A program made the position numbers and the translations under genes. The notes under the pieces are model-generated. The model was not told where the DNA came from. It saw nothing but the letters and a program-made list of their open reading frames with translations, and made no database searches. This document shows, in pieces, positions 28,952 to 39,369 of a DNA stretch of 64,000 bases; positions within the stretch are counted from its first letter, which is position 1, and each line of letters starts with the position of its first letter. The DNA comes from a virus: IMG/VR virus record IMGVR_UViG_3300013126_000011. The stretch is one strand, 5' to 3'.

Positions 28952-30993
28952 TGCAAAACTATAAGCAGTTTCTTGATATTTGGCAAAAGAAGATTGTTCT
29001 TAATGAGATTTCTCAGCGACATATCAATAAAATCAAGAGGTTCATGAAAAAAGCTCAACCATCTGATTATGCTTTTGGAGAACTATTCAACAACCAATGG
29101 AGAGTTGCTGTTCCTGTCGATTACAATAAATTCGATTTAGATGAATTGCGAATGTCTCCAGTAGCCAGGAATTCAGAAGCATTTAATCGAGGATTGGAAG
29201 CCTTTCAGAAGCTACTCAAAAAGTATCCGAAATTCTTGAAGTTGGATCTAAATCGCAAGCTTGTCAGTTGGAATGAAGACCAAACCAATCCTCAAACTGG
29301 AATTACGGAAGAGAGAACAATATCTAAAAAGATTGGCAAGTTTTTAAGTGAATTGTCAACAAAGAGCGAATTCAGTGTTTTGTTTCCTCCAAACATGAAC
29401 ATTTTTGCTTGGGGCAATTTGTTTCTTGAGCAACTTGGTGAACGAGTGATGATCATTTCTCGTCATCCAATTGATATTTTGAGAATGAGCGATTTTCAGC
29501 ATATGCAGTCTTGTCATACAGAAGGAGGTGACTATTTCTTTTGTGCTGTCGAGGAAGCTCAAGGTCATGGACCGATTGCTTATTTGGTGAGCAAGCAAGA
29601 CTACGAGAAAGTCAAAAATCATTTGCAAGACGAAGAAATCTTTGAAGATATGCCATTTACTCAAGCCGACTATGATGAACTAGAAGACCGACATAGCAGA
29701 AATATTGCTGGAATCAAACCGATCTCTAGAGTTCGAGCAAAAGAGTTCCATAATGGAAAAGATGGTTATTCGATTGCTCTAGTCGATCCAAAGACATATG
29801 GCACTCCAGCAATAGGATTTAAGAAAGCATTCGAAGATTGGTTACATTCCGTTCAAGATCCACACTTACCAGAGAAGCTAGATCCAAACGATTTTGAATT
29901 GATGGGCGGTTATTACAGCGATAACGAATATTACTATGATTATTTCCTTGACTATTTCAAAGACAAAACTGAGCAATATGTACCAAAGCAAGAAAACAAT
30001 CTCGTAGAAATCAATAAAGTAACAGAGCTAATTGATAGATATAACGCTTATTCTACGTTTGCTATCATAAAATACGATATCATTGAATTGTCAGAAGATG
30101 ATTGGGCAAAAGAATGGAGAGAAAACGAAGAATATGATCGCTATGATAGTGAGCTTTCCAGTACCGATCAAGCAGTTTATGGACCGAAATCAGGACCAGC
30201 TTACGTGTTGCAAATTAAAGAGATTAATATCAATAATTTTAATCCATTGGATTATATGCCAAGGGGTTATTTTATGTCACCAATTACAATGCAAAATGGT
30301 CACAGTGCAATGGAAGCTGCTGGAAAAAGAGTTGGATTTTCTGCCGCTCAAACAGTTGAGTTGGCGTTAGATAAGTTGTTTGGAAAGCAAATCTTCGGAA
30401 GTTCTTTCTCTTTAAATATCTATAATAAGTTTAATATTCAATTTTATGTTTCGCTTACTGCTTGCGCCAAAGCAGACGGTCTTGAAAATGCACAATGTAC
30501 TATTGATGCATTGACATCAAAAAAGCTTAATTCCGCTGATGTTTGGGGACCAATACTAGCCAAAATGTTCATAAAGCTTGGAATGGCAGTAAAAGAAGAT
30601 AGCGCCGCGCTGGGCGCTCATAAAGATTTCTACTATAATGATAAGAGCGATTCTTGGTATTATCGAGGTAGTTTGTGGAATGCATTTGAAGATTCGGAGC
30701 CAGGAAGAGATTTGCTGAAACTTGGTGAACAGAGGTTGACGGCTGCTGTCAGAAAGTTCTTGAAATCTCAAAAGTTTGTCGATGAAAATCTTGTTGAAGT
30801 CAAATTATTGTCAAATGGCAGCGGAAACAATAAGATGGTTTTTGTTGCACTTAAGGTTGACAAGAGATTGGTTGAAATGATGCAAAACAAAGGTTCTTCT
30901 GCTGTTTTATCAGGATTGCTTCGTCTTAAAGTAGGTTTTGCGTCTTTATGTAAAGAATTGTTTAACAAATTAAGACTGGAAAAATATGAGTAG
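28951..30993 (+). CDS. Paralog family member 4
   Basis: ISRHPIDILRMSD...SCHTEGGDYFFCAVEEAQGHG; N-terminal VLNEI. Confidence 0.75.
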   Translation: MQNYKQFLDIWQKKIVLNEISQRHINKIKRFMKKAQPSDYAFGELFNNQWRVAVPVDYNKFDLDELRMSPVARNSEAFNRGLEAFQKLLKKYPKFLKLDLNRKLVSWNEDQTNPQTGITEERTISKKIGKFLSELSTKSEFSVLFPPNMNIFAWGNLFLEQLGERVMIISRHPIDILRMSDFQHMQSCHTEGGDYFFCAVEEAQGHGPIAYLVSKQDYEKVKNHLQDEEIFEDMPFTQADYDELEDRHSRNIAGIKPISRVRAKEFHNGKDGYSIALVDPKTYGTPAIGFKKAFEDWLHSVQDPHLPEKLDPNDFELMGGYYSDNEYYYDYFLDYFKDKTEQYVPKQENNLVEINKVTELIDRYNAYSTFAIIKYDIIELSEDDWAKEWRENEEYDRYDSELSSTDQAVYGPKSGPAYVLQIKEININNFNPLDYMPRGYFMSPITMQNGHSAMEAAGKRVGFSAAQTVELALDKLFGKQIFGSSFSLNIYNKFNIQFYVSLTACAKADGLENAQCTIDALTSKKLNSADVWGPILAKMFIKLGMAVKEDSAALGAHKDFYYNDKSDSWYYRGSLWNAFEDSEPGRDLLKLGEQRLTAAVRKFLKSQKFVDENLVEVKLLSNGSGNNKMVFVALKVDKRLVEMMQNKGSSAVLSGLLRLKVGFASLCKELFNKLRLEKYE

Positions 30994-33328
30994 AAAGCTT
31001 TTAACAGAGATTTCACAGCAATATATTGATGAAGTGTTGTTGTTTATGGCCAAGAAGTCGCAGCCATCAGACTATCCATTCAACTATATGTTCAATAATC
31101 AATGGAGAGTTGTTATCCCAATTGATACCGATATCAACCAAATCATAAAAGCAGCATATGATGAGGGTGAAGGAGGCAGTGGTAAATTTGAATATCAGCC
31201 CCTACTTGAAATTTATAAAGAAGTAGAGAACGGAATGTACGATAGTCATGTTGATTTTAAGGCTGGCAGAGTTTATCGAGAAGAGAGACAATACAATAAA
31301 ACAACCGATGAATACAATTATCGTAAAGTCGAGTACAAAATCGGAAAATTCGTGCAAAGGCTAATTTCTCAAGCAAAATTAGATGGTTATAATTACCAAG
31401 TTGTTGCTTGGGAAAAAGTATTGACTTGGTGGACAAATAACTCTGAAAAGATCCGTTCAAATTTTGTTGTTATCATTTCTCAGCATCCAATTGATGTTCT
31501 TCGAATGAGTGATTTTAAAGGCATTCAATCTTGTCATTCGCAAGGAGGCGTATTCTTTCAATGTGCCTGTGAAGAAGCTCAAGCTCACGGTCCAGTTGCT
31601 TATTTATTAAGTGAAAACGAATACAACAAGATAAAAGATCGATTACAGGATTCTGAAGTTTTTGAAGATATTGGTTGGGAAAAAGAGCCAGAAGTCGTCG
31701 TTGGCGGTCAAATTGTACGAGCAGCCAAACGTCATCCTGGTAGAGATATCAAAGGTGCAAGACCAATTTCAAGATTAAGGTTTCGAGAAGCTTTTAATGC
31801 AAAGTTTGGCTCCGTAGCACTTCCAGAAAGAAAGATTTATGGAACTCAACTAGAAGATTTTAAAGATGTTGTTACTCGTTGGGCTCATGAAAAGCAAGAT
31901 CCATATTTGCCAAAGAAAATTTCTTTGAGTGGTTGGCGTTTGGTGGGTGGTAGTTATGAGGATACTTCATATCAAGTACTACTTACTGATTTCTTCAAGG
32001 GAAATGTAGACGCTAAAAGTTACGATTTTGAAGAAATGAAGATTGCCGTTCATCAATTTATGGACGACAATTATCCAAAAGTATTTATGGATATTGACGA
32101 AGAGCTAGATGATCGTACTGGCAAATGGCGTTGTACAATCATGGCAAAAATTCTTTCTGAATATGCTACGTTAGATTGTGGTGGTCGAAAAGTTGTTCAA
32201 ATGCCAGATTTAAAGAATATCAAAGCTGCAATAATTCGTCGAACAATTACATATCTCAAATTATTGGGAATTCGCGTCAATGGTGCAGATAATTTTGAAT
32301 TAGATGTAATGTTTGATTTAAGTGCGTGCCCAAACATTTACAATGAAAGCGACTTACGTTGTTATTTTGAGAATATTTTAGATCAATTGGAGGATTGGGA
32401 CAGAACAATTAAACCAATACTAGAGCAATTGATTCTTCGACCACCTTATCTTGAGTCATATCGCGATACGGACAATATTGTTGATATGATTGAAAAGATG
32501 GATTTGGAACATTTTGTATACGATGAAGAGCATCATACTGTGATATTTCGTGAAATGCCGACACTTGGATATAACAAGTGGGATATGCAGACAATGCCAA
32601 GTGACATTTCGGTATTTTTCAAGAACTTTTTGAAGAGACTTAACTATAACGAAGGTAAATCTACCAAGCAAGCAACCGCTAGCAGAAAATATGCAGATAT
32701 TCAAGATTCGTTTGATTTGAAAGTTGATGTTTCTGATTTTGCTGAAACGTATCAAACTGATGGCTTTTTGAGCAAAATTATACAAGATCGTAATTTCAAC
32801 GGAAATATTGAACTGGCAAACGATTCCAAAGAACCGTTGTATATGTTGTTTTTAGAGGTAATTATCGGGTTAATGAGGCAGAATTTTTATCGTCAAGAAG
32901 AATTGCTTCCGAGCGTTACAACTAGAAGCATTTCTGGTATATTGATGCCAAGCATTTTCATTGACGTTGATTCTATAGATGATTCTGTCAATTATTACTT
33001 TGAATACGATCTTAAAGATGTTTTCGGACAACTTAAAGAACGAAATGAATATGGTACCAGATTGATTTTAATGTGCATTAAGACAATTGATGAAAATTTC
33101 GATTATATTGTCGAGAAGATGCAACAGCTATACAATCGATTGGTACGTAAGGTTATTGGACAAGACACTTTATTGCTCAAGCGACCTTTGATTAGATTTT
33201 TGGAAGAGCGAAAGCTTTGTTGTGCTGAAGCAGATTATAATTTGAAGCAACAAAAAGTTGCATTGGCTTTATCTGCTTTCAACAAGCAACTCGATCTTCA
33301 TATGCAAAAAGTTGGAGCAGCGAAATGA
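30986..33328 (+). CDS. Paralog family member 5
   Basis: ISQHPIDVLRMSD...SCHSQGGVFFQCACEEAQAHG; N-terminal LLTEI. Confidence 0.75.
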   Translation: MSRKLLTEISQQYIDEVLLFMAKKSQPSDYPFNYMFNNQWRVVIPIDTDINQIIKAAYDEGEGGSGKFEYQPLLEIYKEVENGMYDSHVDFKAGRVYREERQYNKTTDEYNYRKVEYKIGKFVQRLISQAKLDGYNYQVVAWEKVLTWWTNNSEKIRSNFVVIISQHPIDVLRMSDFKGIQSCHSQGGVFFQCACEEAQAHGPVAYLLSENEYNKIKDRLQDSEVFEDIGWEKEPEVVVGGQIVRAAKRHPGRDIKGARPISRLRFREAFNAKFGSVALPERKIYGTQLEDFKDVVTRWAHEKQDPYLPKKISLSGWRLVGGSYEDTSYQVLLTDFFKGNVDAKSYDFEEMKIAVHQFMDDNYPKVFMDIDEELDDRTGKWRCTIMAKILSEYATLDCGGRKVVQMPDLKNIKAAIIRRTITYLKLLGIRVNGADNFELDVMFDLSACPNIYNESDLRCYFENILDQLEDWDRTIKPILEQLILRPPYLESYRDTDNIVDMIEKMDLEHFVYDEEHHTVIFREMPTLGYNKWDMQTMPSDISVFFKNFLKRLNYNEGKSTKQATASRKYADIQDSFDLKVDVSDFAETYQTDGFLSKIIQDRNFNGNIELANDSKEPLYMLFLEVIIGLMRQNFYRQEELLPSVTTRSISGILMPSIFIDVDSIDDSVNYYFEYDLKDVFGQLKERNEYGTRLILMCIKTIDENFDYIVEKMQQLYNRLVRKVIGQDTLLLKRPLIRFLEERKLCCAEADYNLKQQKVALALSAFNKQLDLHMQKVGAAK

Positions 33329-33555
33329 ACAAAAACTGTTTAACTAATTGTGCTACTTGTCAACACTATAAGCCGCCATTTTTGTTCTTCAAGGCAAAAT
33401 GCCTATATGCAGCAAAATCGCTTGATTTCAAGATCAGAGTTCTTCGAAGTCTCATAAAAATCAATGGAAAAAAGAATGAATTAATTTTGAATCGTATTTT
33501 TCCCAAGCTGCCAAAAAACTGCTGTGCATGCGCGTACTACCGAATCAAAAATTGA
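33325..33555 (+). CDS. Small Cys-rich hypothetical protein
   Basis: CATCQH...CACAYY; coupled to upstream gene. Confidence 0.35.
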   Translation: MNKNCLTNCATCQHYKPPFLFFKAKCLYAAKSLDFKIRVLRSLIKINGKKNELILNRIFPKLPKNCCACAYYRIKN

Positions 33556-33561
33556 ACGTTC

Positions 33562-33590
33562 TTGACATTCTCTCCTATCTAGAGTATCCT
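33562..33590 (+). promoter_or_regulatory. Sigma70-type early promoter
   Basis: TTGACA-N17-TATCCT. Confidence 0.55.
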
Positions 33591-33620
33591 GTAGCTGAAC
33601 CTGGGATAAGGGAGAGCAAC

Positions 33621-33839
33621 ATGCGAGTACGAGTCATGTTTAGTTGGAAGAGTGAGAGTCAGGTAACTGCCAGTCGAGTAGCTGAGATCGAAGTTGATGA
33701 TCTCAAGGAGGCAAAGCGCTGGGCAAACCTTGCGATTGCCACTGGACTCATGAACAAGAACGGTCCCATCACGTATACTATTGATCAGGTTGCGGGTTCG
33801 GCAGAGCCCGAGAAGCTTGACAACGACGACAACGATTAA
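33621..33839 (+). CDS. Hypothetical protein
   Basis: ATG after GGGAG, downstream of promoter. Confidence 0.5.
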   Translation: MRVRVMFSWKSESQVTASRVAEIEVDDLKEAKRWANLAIATGLMNKNGPITYTIDQVAGSAEPEKLDNDDND

Positions 33840-33854
33840 CAAAAAGAGGTTAAA

Positions 33855-34172
33855 ATGTCAGAAGAGCAGAAGAAGCGTGGTCGTCCACGCAAGGACAGTA
33901 TCGCCTATGATGAGGTGGCTGTCAAGGAGTTTGTTGAGGGTGAGTTTGCCTATCATGTAGAAAAGAAGCAAGCTCAAGAGACTCATAAGGAATTTCGAGA
34001 GACTTTCAAGGAACGAATCGATCCGCAGCTAGTTGGACAGATCATTCAGGCTGTCAAGCTTCGTTACAAGATGGAGAAGCGGAATGCCAGTCAAGATACC
34101 GTTGAATCCATCATGGAGATTGTTGAAGAAGTATATGGTACAACTCTAAGCCGAGAGGTTCAGGAAGCTTAG
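33855..34172 (+). CDS. Small DNA-binding protein (AT-hook plus helical DsbA/GapR-like region)
   Basis: KKRGRPRK AT-hook followed by helical coiled segment. Confidence 0.45.
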   Translation: MSEEQKKRGRPRKDSIAYDEVAVKEFVEGEFAYHVEKKQAQETHKEFRETFKERIDPQLVGQIIQAVKLRYKMEKRNASQDTVESIMEIVEEVYGTTLSREVQEA

Positions 34173-34175
34173 TTT

Positions 34176-35054
34176 GTGGTACGTCTAGATTTCACCAGAA
34201 CATACCGAAAGATCGTAATTGGTGGACGTGTTGAAGCGTTGAAATACGCTGCCAACGAAAAACGAATTCACGATCTTTTGTTCATCACTGTCAAGCCAAA
34301 GCCTCCTGGCTATGGAGACAAAGCAAAAGATGGCACTTCTCTATTAGAAGAGTGGTCAAATCTAAACGCTTGTCTTTCTTATCTTGGCTGTCAACCATTT
34401 TCGGATAAAGTAAAAGCAATTCGAGTTGATTTTCAAGATAATAAGTTTGTTTTAAAGGTCTTATCTGATGTTGGCTTACTTGGAGAAGTAAAATCTCACA
34501 AACTTGTAATTTTCGATGCAGACGGAATCAATATGTTGATAAAAAAAGAACAAGCATCTTTCAATGGGGCTGGAGACTCATATCTTGTGAGAGATACGAT
34601 CTTAATTTACAAGATGTATCCGTTGCAAGGGCTTCCAGTAAAGCTTGTTCGAATTGAAGATGAATTCTTTTGTGGTGGAGCATACTTCTATTATAAAAAT
34701 AAGCTTGGTAATACGCATCCATATACACCAGATCAAGGGGAGCGATACAATTCTCCTAGAAGACTAGTAGAAATTACTTCTCCATTGATGTCTGAAGCAG
34801 AATTTTTAGAATATGACGTTGGAAGTGTCAGAATGGCACTGAGAAATCGTTTGGCAGCAGCAGCATTTGATGGCAGAACGTTTGAGCCAATCGAGAGGCA
34901 AGTATATACGATTCGAAAGTTTCTGTATCCTACAAGATCATATTTCGATTCTCGTGCCATTATGTATGATCCAAATATGTCCAAAAAGACGATTCAAAAA
35001 CCAGTTCAAGATGTGAGGAATCTTTGTCTTCCAAAATCAAACTTAATAGTCTAG
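34176..35054 (+). CDS. Hypothetical protein, degenerate Rossmann/FAD-binding-like N-terminus
   Basis: KIVIGGRVEALKYA. Confidence 0.35.
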   Translation: MVRLDFTRTYRKIVIGGRVEALKYAANEKRIHDLLFITVKPKPPGYGDKAKDGTSLLEEWSNLNACLSYLGCQPFSDKVKAIRVDFQDNKFVLKVLSDVGLLGEVKSHKLVIFDADGINMLIKKEQASFNGAGDSYLVRDTILIYKMYPLQGLPVKLVRIEDEFFCGGAYFYYKNKLGNTHPYTPDQGERYNSPRRLVEITSPLMSEAEFLEYDVGSVRMALRNRLAAAAFDGRTFEPIERQVYTIRKFLYPTRSYFDSRAIMYDPNMSKKTIQKPVQDVRNLCLPKSNLIV

Positions 35055-36058
35055 ACAAACCATCTTTTGCGAATCATTTAGCCGGAATCATTCCAATTGG
35101 TTCGGTGCCTACTGCTGGGTTGGGAATGCCTTGGCACGAAACACTAATGCCAGTTGCACCACATTATAGTGCTATTCAGCGAGCAGTTGTGGAATGCGCT
35201 ATATTAGGCTGTAATACTATTTGGATTGTTAGTAGTATAAAGCTTCAGCCTTTAGTGCGAGAACATTTAGGCGAGTTGATTCGCGATCAAAAAGCCATTG
35301 GACTACCGTTAGAACGAAAGATCTTTTATAAGTCTCTCAGATTTAAGAGAAAACTAGTATTAGCAAGATTAGATATTCCAATTTATTATATTGCTTATCC
35401 TCAAGCTGCTTCTGCTAGTGCCGAAGGAGCAGCTTTTGCAATATTGTATGGCATAACAAAGATCAAGCAAATTTCATCGGAGTTTTCAAAACTTTTGGCT
35501 CCAGAGAAGTATTGGATCTCGTTTCCTCACGGAGTACATGATAGTGAGTTTTTGATTTCTTTGAGAGATATTGTGAGAAGAACAGAAGTTAATACTTTTC
35601 TTGCTTATGAGTCTGAAACGATTCGTGATGGAAAATTGCTTGGATTTTCATTCAAAAACGATGATTTGACCAAATTTCGTAGTGTTTATCATCGTAAATA
35701 TCAAAAAAGTCACGAAACCTTTGATTATAGAGAACAATCCGCCAGTCGTTTCAAGCATTCTCGTAGGAAAGTCAAGGTCTTACTTGAAGATGTCTTTAAA
35801 GAGTTGACAGTTGAGCCAGGACGTGATATTGTATTGGAGCTTCCTTGGTATTCGCAGATCGATTCCTGGGAAGGTTATTGTTCGTATTTGGCGACCAATG
35901 CAAAGAAGCTTGAAAGAACCAATTTGCTTTTTGCCTCTCCAAGATGGCAGAGAAGATTGATTGAGTTTGACGAGCTATTAAAAAACATGGATTCGAATCG
36001 AGGTTTTACAATTGGCAAAAAGAGCAGTATTCAAGGTTCCGATGGAGAAGGTGATTAA
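35024..36058 (+). CDS. Divergent sugar-phosphate nucleotidyltransferase-like (GT-A fold) protein
   Basis: AGIIP...LMPVA...AVVECAILGCNTIWIV resembles the NTP_transferase N-terminus. Confidence 0.5.
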   Translation: MSSKIKLNSLDKPSFANHLAGIIPIGSVPTAGLGMPWHETLMPVAPHYSAIQRAVVECAILGCNTIWIVSSIKLQPLVREHLGELIRDQKAIGLPLERKIFYKSLRFKRKLVLARLDIPIYYIAYPQAASASAEGAAFAILYGITKIKQISSEFSKLLAPEKYWISFPHGVHDSEFLISLRDIVRRTEVNTFLAYESETIRDGKLLGFSFKNDDLTKFRSVYHRKYQKSHETFDYREQSASRFKHSRRKVKVLLEDVFKELTVEPGRDIVLELPWYSQIDSWEGYCSYLATNAKKLERTNLLFASPRWQRRLIEFDELLKNMDSNRGFTIGKKSSIQGSDGEGD

Positions 36059-36368
36059 GACGATGGTTTCAGACCTTGCCGAAAAGAAAGGTGTTGAGAT
36101 TTGTCAGTACATTTTCGGTAAAGCAGAACCAGATTTGATGAAGGCTCTTGCAATTCACGCAAATTTTAAAGAGCTTGAAGGAAATCAATTTCTTGAGGTG
36201 ATCTTTGAGGAAGGAGTTCCAGAAGAACCTACAGCAAAGATCATTCCGTTTCCAAAAAAGTATCGAGAAATCGATCCAGAGACAGGCAATTTTTTCGATC
36301 CTTCAGAGCGACAGAATCATCAGCCAGAGAACGATGAACCTGAGCCTCCGCAACCAAATGCAATGTAA
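36012..36368 (+). CDS. Hypothetical protein
   Basis: TTG after GAGG; AKIIPFP motif. Confidence 0.45.
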   Translation: MAKRAVFKVPMEKVIKTMVSDLAEKKGVEICQYIFGKAEPDLMKALAIHANFKELEGNQFLEVIFEEGVPEEPTAKIIPFPKKYREIDPETGNFFDPSERQNHQPENDEPEPPQPNAM

Positions 36369-36377
36369 GAGGTTATC

Positions 36378-38318
36378 TTGAGCAAGATCGATTTTGTAAA
36401 TCTTCACGTTCATACAAACGCTGGTTCTATTGGTGATGCCATTGGTTTTCCAAAGGATATCGCTGAACGGCTAATGAGTCAGGGTGTTAATGTTTGTGCG
36501 ATCACGGATCATGGGTCAGGAGCAGCTTATTCGCATGCCTATTTGACTCGTAAGGACATTCAGAAGCAAGGCAAGGACTTTCGATTCATCTATGGCATTG
36601 AAGCTTATTTTGTTGACTCTCTTGATGATTGGCACCAGAAGTACGCTGAAAATCAAGAAGCCAAGCTAACCGAAAAGAAGAAGCGCAAGAAGGCAGACGA
36701 TATTGTTGCTGATGCTGATGAAGCTTCGGTTGCAATTGAAGACGAAGAAGAAACTAAGAGTGCCAAGGGTCAAGCCAATCCTCTTAATCGCCGCTATCAT
36801 CTTGTGTTGCTGGCAAAGAATGAAGTCGGATACAAGAATCTTTGTCGTCTAATTTCAAAGTCTTATGAGCGCGAGAATTACTATCGATATCCAAGAATCG
36901 ATTATAAGATGCTGCAAGAACATTCAGAAGGGCTTGTTTGCTTGTCTGCTTGTATGGGATCGAGGCTTTCGAGAGCCATTCTTGACGGCAATCTAGAAGA
37001 TGCGAATAATGTCGTAGAAAAGCATAAGGCTATCTTTGGCAACAACTACTTTCTAGAAATGCAATGGAATGGTCTGCCAGAGCAGCATATCATCAATCCA
37101 ACTATCATTTCTCTGGCAGAAAAGCACAATCTCAAGCTTGTTAGCACGGTTGATGCACATTATCCCAATCCTGAGTTGTGGCAGACAAGAGAGCTTTACA
37201 AGCGTCTTTCTCGTATGTCTCAGGGAGCAAAAGAGATTGCTCCGCTTCCAGAAAAGATCGAAGATATGAAGTATATGCTCTATCCCAAGACGGGAGAAGA
37301 GATGTATGCAGATTTCAAGAAGTACAGTGCTGAAAACAATGTTGAATATGACGAATCCAAGGTTTTAGAGAGCTTCGCAAATACCGTCTATATTGCTAAT
37401 GAGCTTATTAGCGATTACACAATTGACACTAGTGTAAAGTTTCCTAGTTTCGTAATTGACGAGGGCAAGACAGCCATTGAGACTCTTTGTGCAAGAGCAG
37501 AAGAAGGAATTAAGAAGCTGTTTAATGGCAAGCTAAATGCAGAGTACCAGAAGCGCTTTGAATACGAGCTTTCTGTAATTGAAAAGAAAAACTTTGCTGA
37601 GTATTTTTTGCTGACTCAGCGGATCATGACTGAGAACAATAAGCGTTGGCTGGCTGGTCCTTCGCGCGGCTCTGCTGGTGGCTGTTTACTATCGTATCTG
37701 CTTGAGATCACTCAGATCGATCCGATCAAGTACGGTTTGCTGTTTGAACGTTTCCTTGATCCAGATAGCGATGGATATCCAGATATTGATTGTCTGGAAT
37801 CCACTCATTTAGTTTCTACTCCATCTGGCTCGTTGGCTATCTCCAAGTTGACAACTGGTTCAAAAGTATATGATCATTTGGGAAATGTTCGAAAAGTATT
37901 ACACGTTCAAACGAGAGCGAGAAAAGAGAGCGAAGGCGTTTATAATATCTACGTGAAGCATCGGAATACAGTTGGATTAATCATTGCTAGCGAAGATCAT
38001 CGCTTGTTGAATCAAAATGGAGCGGAAATTTTCGTAAGGGATTTGGAAGTTGGAAATAGAGTTTGGTCAAACCTAAAAGAGCCCATTGTTGTTGTACAAA
38101 TCGAACCAAATTTTGATGAAAAGTTGTTTTTTACGGACATTACTGTAGAAAAAACCTCTACGTTCGTATTTTATCCTTTTGATGTGATCATTTTGGAGTC
38201 CGATGAAGGGCGTTTCGTATCCTGTGTCCCTATCTATAATATAGACTTAGATGTAGAGGGGATATACAATGAGTTACAGCAAAATAGATTTGCAAGAGTT
38301 ACAGAGTGGTGTACGTGA
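36378..38318 (+). CDS. dnaE: DNA polymerase III alpha N-fragment (PHP domain) fused to split-intein IntN (Cys1 at 37791)
   Basis: LHVHT, AITDHG, GIEAY, HLVLLAKN, DAHY, RGSAGG, LLFERFL, PDID|CLESTH; ASEDHRL (intein block B). Confidence 0.9.
   Translation: MSKIDFVNLHVHTNAGSIGDAIGFPKDIAERLMSQGVNVCAITDHGSGAAYSHAYLTRKDIQKQGKDFRFIYGIEAYFVDSLDDWHQKYAENQEAKLTEKKKRKKADDIVADADEASVAIEDEEETKSAKGQANPLNRRYHLVLLAKNEVGYKNLCRLISKSYERENYYRYPRIDYKMLQEHSEGLVCLSACMGSRLSRAILDGNLEDANNVVEKHKAIFGNNYFLEMQWNGLPEQHIINPTIISLAEKHNLKLVSTVDAHYPNPELWQTRELYKRLSRMSQGAKEIAPLPEKIEDMKYMLYPKTGEEMYADFKKYSAENNVEYDESKVLESFANTVYIANELISDYTIDTSVKFPSFVIDEGKTAIETLCARAEEGIKKLFNGKLNAEYQKRFEYELSVIEKKNFAEYFLLTQRIMTENNKRWLAGPSRGSAGGCLLSYLLEITQIDPIKYGLLFERFLDPDSDGYPDIDCLESTHLVSTPSGSLAISKLTTGSKVYDHLGNVRKVLHVQTRARKESEGVYNIYVKHRNTVGLIIASEDHRLLNQNGAEIFVRDLEVGNRVWSNLKEPIVVVQIEPNFDEKLFFTDITVEKTSTFVFYPFDVIILESDEGRFVSCVPIYNIDLDVEGIYNELQQNRFARVTEWCT
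38223..38266 (+). promoter_or_regulatory. Hairpin with late-promoter motif sequestering the endonuclease RBS
   Basis: TGTGTCCCT(A)TCTAT can pair with GTAGAGGGGATATA; CTATCTATA at 38230-38238; ATG at 38269. Confidence 0.55.
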
Positions 38319-39369
38319 GTTAACTCGTGAAGAGTGTATTCGCTACATAAACGAAAAGACTGGTTTTAAGATGTGTGCTGAAGAATCGTATTACGACGAA
38401 ATTCGAAAACATCTTAAAAATATCAATTGTTGTTCAATGTCGCTAAACAACATTTCAAATGCGGATTTCGTATCTTTTTTGGATGAAGGCGGAATTAAGG
38501 TTATCGCAAAACCAGAGGAATTCGAGGTTGTACTTTTTGGAGGATGGAGACAGCAATTAAAACATCAAAATCACGGACTGATTCGGATCGTACAAACATC
38601 TCTTATGCACTTTCAATGTCCCGCGTGTGGAAAAAAGATTGTTGCTGATATGAACCCTTCGAGAAGAAAGGAGTTTTCTCTTTGTGAACAGTGTTTCAAG
38701 GCTGTATATTACTTGTCTGAGGAATACCGCCAAAAATATAATGCTGAGATGATCAAAAAATACGGAGAAACAAGTCCGATACGAATTCCCCACATAAGAA
38801 AAAAGATTCGATCAACAATGATAGAACGTTATGGTGTACCCTTCTCTGGTATGAATCCAGAGTTGCTGGAAAAGACGTGGACTACTACAGAGAAGAAGTG
38901 TGGTCGAAGAAATCGGTTTACTGGTCTAGATTGTATTGAATTGTATGGTCCTCGCTCTCATTATTGTGTTTCAAAGCTAGAAGTCGAAATAGCAGAAAAG
39001 ATTCATGAGGTTCTTGACGATAAATATATCATTCGTTCTAATGCTCACAAAAACATGAGAGCGTTTTTTCTTTCTGAAAAGAACGTCCTTGGAAAAAAGC
39101 GCTATATTTTTCCTGATATTTTTATCGAAGAGAAGAAACTGATCATTGAGATTTTTGGAGATTATTGGCATGCTAACCCAAGTGTTTTCTCCAAAGAGCA
39201 TATCTTTACCGGAGGTAGAACTATGGAAGAGATTCATAAAAAAGATAGAAGTAGAATTGAAAGTTTGAGTGTCGACGGTATTAAAGTATATGTTGTATGG
39301 GAAAAAGATTGGCGCGAAGACAAAGAGAGAGTTTTTAAGGAAATTTTGAAGACCGTTGAGGAAGCATGA
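38269..39369 (+). mobile_element. Free-standing Vsr-like homing endonuclease between DnaE intein halves
   Basis: CPAC..CEQC Zn ribbon, KKYG/ERYG repeats, VSKLE, FPDIFIEEKKLIIEIFGDYWH, VVWEKDW. Confidence 0.8.
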
